From: an uncultured candidatus Porisulfidus sp.
GTDB taxonomy: Bacteria; Pseudomonadota; Gammaproteobacteria; Poriferisulfidales; Oxydemutatoraceae
Length of the DNA stretch: 64,000 bases
Assembly: GCA_965215125.1 (NCBI GenBank)
Contig: OZ244052.1
Location: forward strand, 576,001-640,000
Direction of reading: 5' to 3'
Positions 21,010 through 31,561 of this stretch are shown here, one piece after another; positions within the stretch are counted from its first letter, which is position 1; each line of letters begins with the position of its first letter. The notes below the pieces were generated by a model. It searched no databases and was not told the DNA's origin. It was given only the letters and a program-made list of their open reading frames with translations. Both the position numbers and the translations under genes were made by a program.

Positions 21010-21762
21010 TCAAGACCCCTGCAACATTTTTTCTAGTTTGGGAACATCCGCTTCGGTATCTACCGAAATATGCGATGATGTCGAAACGACTCCCACATAA
21101 ATCGTGCCACCATGCCATAACACCCGCAACTGCTCAAGACACTCGCTCAGTTCTATTTCCGCCTGCGCAAGCGAGGCAAAATGCTTAAGGAAATTACAAT
21201 AATATACATAAATTCCTATATGGTGCAAACCTGTTTTAGCCCCCGCAGGTAACCCTGCACGGCTAAAGTATAAAGCAAATTGCTTGCTATCGCAAACTAC
21301 GCTCACTACACTATCGGATGCTAAATCTTCCGCCGACACTTGTGTAGCAAGGGTTGCAACATCGGCACCGGGATGCATCCATAAGCATTGAACCGCAGTA
21401 CGTATGTCTTGCGGGCTTAGCAAAGGCTCGTCGCCTTGTAAATTCACGACGATTTGTTCGTCCTTCCATTTTTTGGCTACCGCTATCTCGGCACAGCGAT
21501 CGCTACCGGTTTTATGCGCCGGCGAACTCAGACACGCAATACCACCGAAACGATGAACGCAATCAATAATCCTCTGATCGTCGCTTGCGACGATAACTTC
21601 ATCGGCACCGCTTTGCACCGCATTTTCGTAGGTATATTGTATGAGCGGCTTAGCAAAAATTTTGTGCAGAGGCTTACCGGGAAAACGTTGTGATGCATAA
21701 CGCGCCGGAATGACGACCTTGAAATTAGGTAGAGATGGTCCGTTGCTTTTTATAATGCTCAT
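21010..21762 (-). CDS. kdsB: 3-deoxy-manno-octulosonate cytidylyltransferase
   Basis: [31 protein letters not shown]. Confidence 0.95.
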   Translation of the reverse strand: MSIIKSNGPSLPNFKVVIPARYASQRFPGKPLHKIFAKPLIQYTYENAVQSGADEVIVASDDQRIIDCVHRFGGIACLSSPAHKTGSDRCAEIAVAKKWKDEQIVVNLQGDEPLLSPQDIRTAVQCLWMHPGADVATLATQVSAEDLASDSVVSVVCDSKQFALYFSRAGLPAGAKTGLHHIGIYVYYCNFLKHFASLAQAEIELSECLEQLRVLWHGGTIYVGVVSTSSHISVDTEADVPKLEKMLQGS

Positions 21763-21934
21763 ATTCCTCGTCGGACAACTGCCGCGCCTCGTCCGCTATC
21801 ATCATCGGCAAACCGTCCCGTATTTCATAAGCGAGCTTCGCCGACAACGAAATCAATTCCTGTTTTTCCTTATCGTAGATCAACGCGCCTTTGGTAAGCG
21901 GGCAAACCAGAATATCAAGCAACTGTTTATCCAT
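21725..21934 (-). CDS. ycaR: Trm112-family protein (YcaR)
   Basis: [18 protein letters not shown]...[12 protein letters not shown]; between lpxK and kdsB. Confidence 0.9.
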   Translation of the reverse strand: MDKQLLDILVCPLTKGALIYDKEKQELISLSAKLAYEIRDGLPMMIADEARQLSDEEYEHYKKQRTIST

Positions 21935-21973
21935 AATGATGAGAATTATATACCTAAATCCGCTCTAAAGGGT

Positions 21974-22018
21974 ATTCCCCTGCTGTGGAGGGTGGCAGGC
22001 TTCGCCTGACGGGGTGGT
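21974..22018 (-). repeat. REP-like double-hairpin repeat (modules B+C)
   Basis: Reverse complement ACCACCCCGTCAGGCGAAGCCTGCCACCCTCCACAGCAGGGGAAT. Confidence 0.85.
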
Positions 22019-22042
22019 ACATTTCCCTCCTACGGGTGTTTA

Positions 22043-23065
22043 CTAATGCGGTATTCCGAGTTCGGCAAACAATGCTTGTTCAAACATCTCGTCTATTTGT
22101 AATTGTGTTTCAAGTATCCAAACATCGGCTGCTATTTTATGACCTTGCTCGGCAAGTTCCAGCCATTTCACACCGTCCTTGGCGGTCATTACCACCGGCA
22201 ATTTGTCCTTAAACTTGAAGTCAACCACGCGATAAGCATGATGATCCTTAAAGGCATGTTTGATCGGCAACATGCCGAGCGATTCCAGCGTTTCAAAAAA
22301 ACGCTCGGGATTTGCCAGTGCTGCGCATGCGTGTACACGCTGTCCCTTAAAATAATCGGTCGGGTAATGCTTATCGTAGACCGGCGTATATAAGCTCGTC
22401 GCCTTCAATCGCATACTATAACGATGTCGATGCGATGCTAATTCGTCGTTCTGCTCCGACTTCAAGTCTCCGTTGACAACCACAAACGAAACATTTTTGA
22501 TTCTTGATACCGGCTCCCGCAAAGGACCTGCAGGCAATGCATAACGGTTGCCGAAAGCTCTGCTACCGTCTACTACGGCAACCTCTACCGTTCTTGCCAA
22601 ACTGCGATGCTGTAACCCATCGTCCGACAAAATCAATTCAACGCGATGCCGATCTATCAATAGCTGCGCCGTTTGATTAAGTTTTTTACCGATTGCAAGC
22701 GGGCATCCGGTCTTTTGATAGATGAGCTTAGGTTCGTCGCCCACCACTCGAAACGAAGTATCATTCTTAACTTCTATAGGCGCACCCGTACTCCCCGAGC
22801 CACCGTAGCCGAGGCTTACCACGCCGACCTTAATACCGTACGCTTGAAAACATTCCGCTAAATGGATTACCAGCGGTGTCTTGCCGGTGCCGCCGACGCT
22901 TAGATTACCTATTACGACTACCGGCACCGACAACGGCCGCGGTGTCTTGAACCTATAATAATACGCTCTAAAGGATAGTGCGATGCGATAAAGCAACGAT
23001 AACGGCAACAACGGCCACGCCCAATAACGCGGTGCGTGATACCAAAGGCGGTCGTACCATCTCAA
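22043..23065 (-). CDS. lpxK: Tetraacyldisaccharide 4'-kinase
   Basis: VIGNLSVGGTGKTP, LSDDGLQH, LPAGPLRE. Confidence 0.95.
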   Translation of the reverse strand: MRWYDRLWYHAPRYWAWPLLPLSLLYRIALSFRAYYYRFKTPRPLSVPVVVIGNLSVGGTGKTPLVIHLAECFQAYGIKVGVVSLGYGGSGSTGAPIEVKNDTSFRVVGDEPKLIYQKTGCPLAIGKKLNQTAQLLIDRHRVELILSDDGLQHRSLARTVEVAVVDGSRAFGNRYALPAGPLREPVSRIKNVSFVVVNGDLKSEQNDELASHRHRYSMRLKATSLYTPVYDKHYPTDYFKGQRVHACAALANPERFFETLESLGMLPIKHAFKDHHAYRVVDFKFKDKLPVVMTAKDGVKWLELAEQGHKIAADVWILETQLQIDEMFEQALFAELGIPH

Positions 23066-24825
23066 GCCGCTATTCTCCGACCGTGTCCGGACATGTAGAG
23101 TTTATGATAGGTCTTCTGTGCGGCGATTAACTCGTCGTGCGTACCTTGCTCTACGATATGTCCTTTTTCCAAGACTACGATGCGATTTGCCAACCTAATC
23201 GTAGAAAAACGATGGGCAATTAAGATCATCGTACATTGATCGGAAATCTTCTCCAATGCCAGTTGAATCATGTTCTCCGACTCTGCGTCTAGTGCCGAGG
23301 TTGCTTCGTCAAAAATGATAATCGGTGCGCGCTTCAACAATGCACGAGCGATTGCGACCCGTTGCCGTTCGCCTCCCGATAAGCGACCGCCGGCATCACC
23401 GATTACGGTGTCAAATCCCTGTGGTAATTTTTTTATGAAATCTATTGCGTACGCTTTTTGCGCAGCTTCTTCTATTTGCGACGGCGAGGCTTGTGTACCG
23501 TATGCAATGTTGTTGGCGACGCTGTCGTTGAACAATACGATATCTTGCCCGGCATAAGCAATTTGTGTGCGTAACTGAGCCAACGATAGTTCTTTTATAT
23601 CATGGCCGTCAAGTTCAATATAACCCTCGCTACACTCATAAAGCCGAGGAAGCAAGCTAACCAAGGTGGATTTACCCGAACCCGAAACACCGACCAATGC
23701 CAATGTCTCTAAAGAAGCAATCTCTAAATTGATATGCGACAACGCCGGCTCGGGATTCTCGGCAAGCGGCTGTGTATACGAAAACGATACATCGACATAG
23801 CGGATGTGTCCTTGCCAACGACGCGCCACATACTTGTCGTTATCCGACTCCGGTTTTATATCCAAAAAATCAAATACGCTCTGCGCTGCAACGATGCCTT
23901 GTTGCAAAATCACATTGACTTGCACTAAACTGCGTACCGGTCTAAATAGCAATATCATCGCAACGATGAAAGAGACGAAAGTCCCCGGCGATACTTTGGG
24001 AAGCAGCTGTTCGGCATTCATCAAATAGACGATTGCCGCCAAACTCAATCCTAAAATCAACATCATAACCGGCGTGCCTATAGACTTGACTGCCGATGTG
24101 CGCATTAAATAGCGGCGCACATTCTCGTTGTTGGCTTCAAAATGTGCGGTTTCGTAATCGTAGCCGTCAAAAATCTTAATCGTGCTGTTGCTTCTAACCG
24201 CCTGCTGCACATTGCCGGTTAAATTAGCCATCAATTCTTGATGACGATGATGCAACGAACGAAAGCGTCTATTAATATAATTCAATATATATATGATAAT
24301 CGGTACCAACACCAACATCAGCAAAGTCAGTTGCCAGCTGATATAAAAAAGCCAAGCCAAGAGACCCAACACCGTCAGCGTATCCCTAACCAGAATCGTC
24401 AACGCCCTAGACGAAGCACTTGCGGTAATGCCGATGTTGTAGATTATCCGTGAAGTCAGCTTGCCCTCGGAGTTTTGATCATAATAAGATGCCGGCAAAC
24501 GCAATATATGGGCGAATGTCTCGGAGCGTAGCTGCTTGACTACATAGTTGCCCACATAATCCATATAGTACGAACCCATGAAACTACCCACACCTCGGGC
24601 AAGCAATACCAATACGATGAGTAAAGGCAACCATTCCAGAAAGACATATTGATCTTCGCTATAAAAACCCTCGTCTATCAAAGGTTTCATCAACATAGCA
24701 AAACCGGTGTCGCTTGCCGCATAAATCAACATCCCCAAAATCGCAATCACAAAATAACGCGAGCGTTGCCAGCTATAACTCAGCAAGCGATAAAAAACGG
24801 CTCTATCTACATCAACATCCTTCAT
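23062..24825 (-). CDS. msbA: Lipid A export ABC transporter
   Basis: TMD plus NBD (GVSGSGKST, LSGGERQR, DEATSALD); adjacent to lpxK. Confidence 0.93.
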   Translation of the reverse strand: MKDVDVDRAVFYRLLSYSWQRSRYFVIAILGMLIYAASDTGFAMLMKPLIDEGFYSEDQYVFLEWLPLLIVLVLLARGVGSFMGSYYMDYVGNYVVKQLRSETFAHILRLPASYYDQNSEGKLTSRIIYNIGITASASSRALTILVRDTLTVLGLLAWLFYISWQLTLLMLVLVPIIIYILNYINRRFRSLHHRHQELMANLTGNVQQAVRSNSTIKIFDGYDYETAHFEANNENVRRYLMRTSAVKSIGTPVMMLILGLSLAAIVYLMNAEQLLPKVSPGTFVSFIVAMILLFRPVRSLVQVNVILQQGIVAAQSVFDFLDIKPESDNDKYVARRWQGHIRYVDVSFSYTQPLAENPEPALSHINLEIASLETLALVGVSGSGKSTLVSLLPRLYECSEGYIELDGHDIKELSLAQLRTQIAYAGQDIVLFNDSVANNIAYGTQASPSQIEEAAQKAYAIDFIKKLPQGFDTVIGDAGGRLSGGERQRVAIARALLKRAPIIIFDEATSALDAESENMIQLALEKISDQCTMILIAHRFSTIRLANRIVVLEKGHIVEQGTHDELIAAQKTYHKLYMSGHGRRIAA

Positions 24826-24830
24826 CGTGC

Positions 24831-25289
24831 TTATTCGTCGTCGCTTATGTTAAGGGCAGCACGAATCATCTCTTCCGAATAACCGCGTTGCCAAAGAAAT
24901 CGCCGCTGTTTAGCAAGTTCCCGAGCATTGCCGGGTTTTTGAGGAAATTTCTTCCGCAGACAAATTCGTGCATTGTGTTGCCAATCGGTATCCGACTCTG
25001 CAAGCATCTGCTCGACGCTTTCGGGATTAAGTTTTTTCTGTAGCAATTCCATTTTGATACGCATAGGACCGTAGAGCCTGTTGATGCGAGAAGTGATAAA
25101 GGATTCTATATAACGCATATCCGAAAGTAAGCCTTCGGCTTCCAGACGATCCAGTACGGCCTCTACGCTAGCTTCATTATATGCTTTGCTCCTAGACAGC
25201 TTGGATTTTAATTCTGCCCTATGGTGCTCTCGCCGGCTTAAATAAGATAGTGCTTTTTTAACTAAGGCAGCCTCGTCGTCCGCCATCAA
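24831..25289 (-). CDS. recX: Regulatory protein RecX
   Basis: [10 protein letters not shown]...GLLSDMRY...YGPMRI...RFLWQRGY; directly downstream of recA. Confidence 0.9.
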   Translation of the reverse strand: MMADDEAALVKKALSYLSRREHHRAELKSKLSRSKAYNEASVEAVLDRLEAEGLLSDMRYIESFITSRINRLYGPMRIKMELLQKKLNPESVEQMLAESDTDWQHNARICLRKKFPQKPGNARELAKQRRFLWQRGYSEEMIRAALNISDDE

Positions 25290-26371
25290 GCTGTAGAACC
25301 GGCGGTGGTTTTCTTAGAGGGTTCGCCGTTTGTTTTGTCTGCCTTTTCGTCCGTCTCTTTTTCGGCTTCATTCGCCGGTGTATCGCTCAATAGCAGAGTA
25401 CGCAGATTTTTTTCAAGCTCTTCCGCCACTTTAGGGTTCTCTTTTAAGTACATACGCACATTATCCTTGCCTTGTCCTATTTTCTCGTTCTTATAACTAT
25501 ACCAAGAACCCAATTTCTCGACCAAATTATGTTTCACACCCAAATCGATTAACTCGGCATCGTGCGAAATACCCTCTCCGTATCTGATCTCAAAAGTAGC
25601 AACCTTGAACGGCGGTGCCAATTTGTTCTTCACGACTTTAACGCGGGTCTCGTTGCCTACGACCTCGTCGCCTTTTTTGATCTGCCCGGTGCGCCGTATA
25701 TCCAAACGCATTGAAGAATAAAACTTTAATGCATTGCCGCCGGTTGTCGTCTCCGGGTTTCCGAACATCACACCGATTTTCATCCGTATCTGATTGATGA
25801 AAATAACGATTGCTTTTGAGCGTTGGATATTCGCGGTCAACTTACGCAGTGCTTGCGACATTAAACGCGCCTGCAAACCGACATGGGGATCCCCCATATC
25901 GCCCTCTATCTCATTGCGAGGCGTTAATGCGGCAACCGAATCGACAACCACCAAATCAACCGAACCCGAACGTACCAACATGTCGGTGATCTCCAAGCCT
26001 TGCTCGCCGGTATCCGGTTGAGATATCAAAAAATCGTTGATATTGACACCCAACTTGCCGGCGTAGACGGAGTCCAATGCATGCTCGGCATCGACAAAAG
26101 CCGCAGTGCCACCGGCAGCTTGACATTGCGCAACCGCGTGTAATGCAAGCGTCGTTTTGCCCGAGGATTCGGTGCCGAAAATCTCTATAATCCGTCCTTT
26201 GGGAAAACCACCTATACCCAATGCCAAATCCAAAGCGAGAGATCCCGACGGTATCACTTCTATATCGTAAGTCGCCTGCGTATCACCGAGACGCATAATA
26301 GAACCCTTGCCGAACTGCTTATCAATTTGCGCTAGCGCAGTCTCTAACGCTTTTCTACGACCTTCTTCCAC
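25286..26371 (-). CDS. recA: Recombinase A
   Basis: [34 protein letters not shown]; GTG start with AGGAG RBS. Confidence 0.99.
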   Translation of the reverse strand: MEEGRRKALETALAQIDKQFGKGSIMRLGDTQATYDIEVIPSGSLALDLALGIGGFPKGRIIEIFGTESSGKTTLALHAVAQCQAAGGTAAFVDAEHALDSVYAGKLGVNINDFLISQPDTGEQGLEITDMLVRSGSVDLVVVDSVAALTPRNEIEGDMGDPHVGLQARLMSQALRKLTANIQRSKAIVIFINQIRMKIGVMFGNPETTTGGNALKFYSSMRLDIRRTGQIKKGDEVVGNETRVKVVKNKLAPPFKVATFEIRYGEGISHDAELIDLGVKHNLVEKLGSWYSYKNEKIGQGKDNVRMYLKENPKVAEELEKNLRTLLLSDTPANEAEKETDEKADKTNGEPSKKTTAGSTA

Positions 26372-26603
26372 TGTTATTTCTCCTCTGATTTAATGGACTT
26401 GGCTAAGTAAAAACCAATTTTCAAGCTATTCTATACCATAAATAGGCACCTTAAAAATAAAACCGACGAAGCAACCAAAATTTGGGTATGAACTGCATCT
26501 GTAGAGATAGACCCCCCGCTCCACAAACTTCATAATATTAGACCTTAATATCGTTTATGCTATAGTGTAAACATTCTAAAAATATTGATGAAGGAAATAA
26601 ATT

Positions 26604-26837
26604 ATGAAAAAAGAGGAAATGACAATAGACGAAGTTTATAGAGAACTTAAAGACGACATTCAAGGTATGGCGACTAAGCATGACTTGAAGGTTGGCTTGG
26701 ACGAACTCCGTAATGAGTTTAAGGCAGATATGTCAAAGATGCGTACTTGGGTTATTAGCTTGTTTATCGGTGCGGTAGTCATCATGGGAACGCTTGTAGG
26801 AGCGTACGCCAACATGACGATCGCGCTACTCAAATAG
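26604..26837 (+). CDS. Small coiled-coil protein with C-terminal TM anchor (DUF1640/CCDC90-like)
   Basis: MATKHDL...heptads...WVISLFIGAVVIMGTLVG; RBS AAGGA; upstream TGcTATAGT extended -10-like motif. Confidence 0.6.
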   Translation: MKKEEMTIDEVYRELKDDIQGMATKHDLKVGLDELRNEFKADMSKMRTWVISLFIGAVVIMGTLVGAYANMTIALLK

Positions 26838-26894
26838 GATTGCTAAAAAATACTCCATGAAAAATACCTCATAAAATTGTAGAGCAGACATACT

Positions 26895-27033
26895 GGGCTG
26901 TTGAAAAAGTGCGGACATCGCACAACACCAACCGTCCTGCGCCAACAAATAATGGTTTCCATAAATTGGATGAATAAATGTATAAATCATGCAGATACGA
27001 AACAACCACCCCGTCAGGCTTCGCCTGCCACCC
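26895..27033 (+). mobile_element. MITE-like element left part (related to 60735-60897), ending in repeat module B
   Basis: Begins GGGCTGTTGAAAAAGT; shares GCACAA..CCAA.CG...TGCGCCA......ATGGTTTCCATA with 60735-60897; module B at 27005-27033. Confidence 0.65.
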
Positions 27034-27084
27034 TAAGGGCGGACAGATATATTAAACCCTGGCTTATTTGATATAAGATAAACG

Positions 27085-27262
27085 CTTAGGCAGATGCAGT
27101 GCCTAGGAAGTCGGAGGAGACACGCTGCAGGACGGACGAGGCATTAAAGCCTGATGGTATGAAAAGCACTCCTCCGGCGTTATGACTATAGAGCTCGAAA
27201 GGCAGCTTGGGACTTTAGATCTCGTATTCATCTGTTTGGGCGGCGTAGTCATACTTTCCTAA
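27085..27262 (+). ncRNA. Putative IS110 bridge RNA (5' hairpin, target-binding loop, donor-binding loop)
   Basis: Stems TAGGCA/TGCCTA, CGGAGGAG/CTCCTCCG and TATGACTA/TAGTCATA; internal loops carry segments matching the target and donor junctions; ends approximate. Confidence 0.75.
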
Positions 27263-27319
27263 ACTGTGTTTGATACCTAGTATTTCATTCATTAACCAAC
27301 CCTTATGGAGTAATTTATT

Positions 27320-28294
27320 ATGGAAAACAAACAACCCGTCACGATTGGCGTTGATGTCTCTAAAGACACTTTAGAGGCGGCTCTATTATTCACTGATAAT
27401 AGTTTTGCCGAGCAACAATTTAGTAGTGATGCCCAAGGCATCAAACAGTTGTTAGCTTGGACGAGCAAACACCGCGCACAGCAGTGTCGCATCTGTGTTG
27501 AGGCGACCGGCGGTCTTGAACTAGACCTGTGCATGGCCGGCTATGATGCCGGGCATCCAATCATCGTGGCAGCACCGGTGCTGATCGCTAGATTCCGCGA
27601 CTCGCTCGGCATACGCAGTAAAACCGATCGCGTGGATGCGCGTATCATCGCACGCTTCGTATTTGCTATCCCGCCTGAAAACAATTGGCAAAAGCCCTCA
27701 CCGGCTGTGCAAGCTTTGCGCGACGCACTGAAATGGCGCAGGGAATTAGTCAAGTGTTGTACGATGTTAAGCAATTGCGCTAATACCCTGCGCGATGCGA
27801 AGCAAAAAAAGGTGGCAGCCACTAGCCTGAAGAACCATGAGAAGCAGATCGATAAGATTAATGCCTCAATGGACAAAATCATCGCTCAAGACGAGCACCT
27901 CACACAGCTTCACCAGTTGCTGTGTTCCATTCCTGGAATCGGAACTCAAACTGCGGCTGCCCTGTGTGCAGTACTGGATGATAATACGTTTCGCCATCCA
28001 AAGCAACTCGCCGCCTATATCGGCATCACGCCCAAGCACAAGCAATCCGGCAACTGCGCATCGCCCACGCCCATCTCTAAACAGGGCAATGCCGACCTGC
28101 GCACCCTCCTATTTATGGCAGCACTCTCGGCACGTCGGCATAACCTAACCATCCGTGCATTTGCCGACCAATTAAGTCGGCGGCGTCCGGAGTTAACTAA
28201 AAAGCAGATTATTGTTGCTTGCGCTCATAAGCTCACGCGTATTATTTATGGGGTCACCACGCACAAGCAACCGTTTGACACGAATTATTGTTGA
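27320..28294 (+). CDS. IS110-family DEDD recombinase/transposase
   Basis: IGVDVSK (D), VEATG (E), KTDRVDA (DD), IPGIG, KQSG (catalytic Ser), ISKQGNADLR. Confidence 0.96.
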   Translation: MENKQPVTIGVDVSKDTLEAALLFTDNSFAEQQFSSDAQGIKQLLAWTSKHRAQQCRICVEATGGLELDLCMAGYDAGHPIIVAAPVLIARFRDSLGIRSKTDRVDARIIARFVFAIPPENNWQKPSPAVQALRDALKWRRELVKCCTMLSNCANTLRDAKQKKVAATSLKNHEKQIDKINASMDKIIAQDEHLTQLHQLLCSIPGIGTQTAAALCAVLDDNTFRHPKQLAAYIGITPKHKQSGNCASPTPISKQGNADLRTLLFMAALSARRHNLTIRAFADQLSRRRPELTKKQIIVACAHKLTRIIYGVTTHKQPFDTNYC

Positions 28295-28350
28295 GCATTT
28301 GCGTCCTAAATCGATACTCACAAAAGGAGATAAAAAATGAATAAAACGGC

Positions 28351-28356
28351 TTGATT
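28351..28356 (+). promoter_or_regulatory. -35 box of the IS110 circle-junction promoter (pairs with -10 TATATT at 27048-27053)
   Basis: Joining the ends at the CA core gives TTGATT-N17-TATATT. Confidence 0.75.
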
Positions 28357-28404
28357 TTTAATAAGGCATCATGCAAGTCCGCCCCTACAAGGAGGGGAAT
28401 GGGG

Positions 28405-28914
28405 TCAGAGTTCGGCCAGTAATCGCAAGATACCTTGCATGGCTTCGGCTACGGTTGCGCGCCGAATGTGGTCGCGCGTGCCGGCAAAGTTACAGAGCTG
28501 AATGTGCTGCGTATGGTTGCGCAGTTGCCAGCCGATCCATACCGTGCCGACGGGTTTATCGCGAGTGCCACCGTCGGGTCCGGCGATACCGCTCACCGCC
28601 ACTGCAACATTCGCATCGGCTACTTTCAACAGCGTTTTCTCGAGCATCTGCGATACGACTTCGCGGCTCACCGCACCGTATTCTCGGAGTAGCGATTGAT
28701 CGATGCCGAGTGTGGTTGCTTTCGCCTCAAGACTATAGGTCACTAAGGCGGCACTGAACCATGCAGAGCTTCCGGGTAGGTCGGTACAGGCTTTGGCAAT
28801 CCATCCGCCGGTGCAGGACTCTGCCGTTGCCAGCTTGATATTATGCCTACACAATACGGTTGCGAGCTTTTCGCACATTGTATAGATTGATTTATCGCTT
28901 AAAATATCGGTCAT
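28405..28914 (-). CDS. pncC: CinA C-terminal / NMN amidohydrolase
   Basis: [28 protein letters not shown]...KPVGTV; start set at MTDIL. Confidence 0.88.
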   Translation of the reverse strand: MTDILSDKSIYTMCEKLATVLCRHNIKLATAESCTGGWIAKACTDLPGSSAWFSAALVTYSLEAKATTLGIDQSLLREYGAVSREVVSQMLEKTLLKVADANVAVAVSGIAGPDGGTRDKPVGTVWIGWQLRNHTQHIQLCNFAGTRDHIRRATVAEAMQGILRLLAEL

Positions 28915-28996
28915 GGCGGTAATCGGGCTTTGGTTATATCCTTTTATAAGCAAATCTATAGACTGTCATTATGCAATAATAAAGAACGAACATTAT

Positions 28997-31561
28997 ATGT
29001 CAAAGACTAAACACACACAGAGCATGCAACAGTATCTGGATATTAAGGCTCAGTATCCTAAGCTACTGTTGCTCTATCAGATGGGCGACTTCTACGAGTT
29101 GTTTTACGACGACGCCGAAAAGGCGGCGCGCTTGCTCGACATCACCCTAACCTCGCGCAACCGTTCCGATAAAGAACCTATTCCGATGGCAGGTGTGCCG
29201 GTACATTCGGTTGAGTCGTATATTGCCAAGCTGGTGCAACGCGGCGAATCGGTAGTGCTATGCAATCAGATAGGCGACCCTAAGACGAGCAAGGGTTTGG
29301 TCGAGCGGCAGGTGGTGCGCATTATCACTCCCGGCACTTTGACCGAAGAAAGCCTGTTGCAAGAAAGAAAAGAAAACTTACTCGTCTCCATACACCGAGA
29401 CAAGGGGAACTACGGCATCGCAACCGTCGAACTCAGCACCGGGAACTTTAGGCTTTGCGAATGCGAGGATATTGCAAGTGTCAACGCCGAACTTGAGCGT
29501 ATGCAACCTTCGGAAATCTTGCTGGCGGAGCATCAAGAATTAGAACTTTCCGTGCCGGCGCAACGAACGATACGTCCGCTCTGGCATTACGCCCACGATT
29601 ATTGTCACCGCATCCTTTGCGAGCAGATGAATACTCGGGATTTAAGCGGTTTCGGCTGTGAGCAACTGCATAGTGCGGTTTGTGCATCGGGCGCATTGCT
29701 TCATTACCTAAAGGAAACCCAAAAAAGCGTACTCCCCCATTTATCCAAATTAAGCGTAGAACATCTGCAAGATTACATCGCAATAGATGCCGAAAGTCGG
29801 GCGTGCCTAGAGATAGACAGCGCACTCTCGGGTCAAGATCGGCACAGCTTGGTTGCGACCTACGATAAAACCGGCTCGGCAATGGGTAGCCGCTGTTTGC
29901 GACGATGGTTCGGGCAGCCGCTTAAGGATCACAAGCGTATCGATAACCGGCTCGATGCGGTTGAATGGCTGATGCAACACGGCGATACCGAGGCGATTGT
30001 GCGGCAATTCAAAAAAATCAGCGATTTGGAGCGTATTATTTCCAGACTCGCTTTATTGACCGCACGCCCCAGAGACTTACTGGGTATGCGCGAAACACTG
30101 GAAATGTTGCCCGACATCAAAGCACTATTGAACAACACCGATGTGCGACTGTTGCAAAGGATCGATGCGATGCTCAATGTCAAGGAAGCCATCACCGAGA
30201 CTTTAGCGAAAGCGATAAAAGATCAACCGCCGGCAACGATACGAGACGGCGGCGTTATCAAAGCCGGCTTTGATGTTAAGTTGGACGAATTACGCACCTT
30301 GAGTAGCCACGGCGACGACTATTTACTCAAGCTGGAAAAAGACGAACAACAACGCAGCGGTTTATCCAATCTACGCCTCGGCTACAACAAAATACACGGC
30401 TACTATATAGAAGTTACCAAAGCACAAAGCCAACATGTCCCTGCCGATTATCAATGTGTGCAAACCTTGAAAAATGCCTCCCGCTTTACCATCCCCGCAT
30501 TGCAGCAATTTCAAGGGCGTATTCTGGCTGCACAGGAACAGGCACTGGCTTACGAAAAAAAACTTTATTTGGAATTATTGCAGAGCTTTGTGCCGGATCT
30601 TGTTTCATTGAAAGAATGTGCGCAAGGTCTTGCAACGTTGGATGTACTCAATAGCCTCGCACGCTGCGCACAGCAGTACCGATATTGCCGACCCGAGTTC
30701 TCGCAGCAGATCGGAATCAAAATCATCGCCGGCAGACACCCCGTTGCAGAACGCACAATGGAAAACGAATTCATTCCCAACGATTTGTATATGGACGAAC
30801 AACGGCGCATATTGATTATTACCGGACCCAATATGGGCGGCAAATCAACCTATATGCGGCAGACCGCATTGATCGTATTGCTCGCTCATATCGGTGCTTA
30901 TATCCCCGCCGACAAAGCCGTCATCGGACCTATAGATCGGATTTTTACGCGCATCGGTGCTTCGGACGACATTTCATCGGGACGGTCTACTTTCATGGTA
31001 GAGATGACCGAAACCGCAAACATATTAAATAATGCAACTCCGCACAGCCTAATCTTAATGGATGAGATCGGGCGCGGTACCAGCACCTTCGACGGCATGA
31101 GTTTGGCTTGGGCATGTGTGGCGTATCTCGCCGAATATAATCGAGCACTCACCTTGTTTGCAAGCCATTATTTTGAATTGACATCGCTAGACCGACACTA
31201 CGAAACTGTGCACAATGTACATATAGATGCGATTGAACACAAGGAGAAGATAATCTTTTTATATAAAGTCAAAGCCGGCCCCGCCAACAAGAGCTACGGA
31301 CTGCAAGTGGCTCGGCTAGCCGGGGTACCCGAAGATGTCATCAAGGTTGCCAAACAAAAGTTACATGGATTGGAGGCACAACAAAAACAAAACAATAACG
31401 ATCCCCAAATCGCATTGGAATTCTCTCAACAAACAACGCAGGTGGTTGAGCCCGAGAAAAAGCTCGCAAACCTAATTTCTGCGCTAGACCTCGATGCGCT
31501 CAGCCCGCGTGAAGCACATGCCAAACTCTATGAAATCAAAAGTGAAGCCGAAAAGATCTAA
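28997..31561 (+). CDS. mutS: DNA mismatch repair protein MutS
   Basis: [46 protein letters not shown]; start set at MSKTK. Confidence 0.98.
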   Translation: MSKTKHTQSMQQYLDIKAQYPKLLLLYQMGDFYELFYDDAEKAARLLDITLTSRNRSDKEPIPMAGVPVHSVESYIAKLVQRGESVVLCNQIGDPKTSKGLVERQVVRIITPGTLTEESLLQERKENLLVSIHRDKGNYGIATVELSTGNFRLCECEDIASVNAELERMQPSEILLAEHQELELSVPAQRTIRPLWHYAHDYCHRILCEQMNTRDLSGFGCEQLHSAVCASGALLHYLKETQKSVLPHLSKLSVEHLQDYIAIDAESRACLEIDSALSGQDRHSLVATYDKTGSAMGSRCLRRWFGQPLKDHKRIDNRLDAVEWLMQHGDTEAIVRQFKKISDLERIISRLALLTARPRDLLGMRETLEMLPDIKALLNNTDVRLLQRIDAMLNVKEAITETLAKAIKDQPPATIRDGGVIKAGFDVKLDELRTLSSHGDDYLLKLEKDEQQRSGLSNLRLGYNKIHGYYIEVTKAQSQHVPADYQCVQTLKNASRFTIPALQQFQGRILAAQEQALAYEKKLYLELLQSFVPDLVSLKECAQGLATLDVLNSLARCAQQYRYCRPEFSQQIGIKIIAGRHPVAERTMENEFIPNDLYMDEQRRILIITGPNMGGKSTYMRQTALIVLLAHIGAYIPADKAVIGPIDRIFTRIGASDDISSGRSTFMVEMTETANILNNATPHSLILMDEIGRGTSTFDGMSLAWACVAYLAEYNRALTLFASHYFELTSLDRHYETVHNVHIDAIEHKEKIIFLYKVKAGPANKSYGLQVARLAGVPEDVIKVAKQKLHGLEAQQKQNNNDPQIALEFSQQTTQVVEPEKKLANLISALDLDALSPREAHAKLYEIKSEAEKI

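Larger units (their letters stand above)
27044..28371 (+). mobile_element. IS110-family element inserted in a GTAG-REP palindrome at a CA core
   Basis: Flanks AGGGCGGA|CA ... CA|TGCAAGTCCGCCCCTAC reconstitute a REP similar to the empty site at 14664-14689; no terminal IRs. Confidence 0.9.

Noticed and set aside
26372-26600. LexA box upstream of recA
   Set aside because: No convincing CTGT-N8-ACAG motif was seen.
27085-27262. tRNA or housekeeping RNA
   Set aside because: No cloverleaf or T-loop motif; the structure is explained by the IS110 left end.
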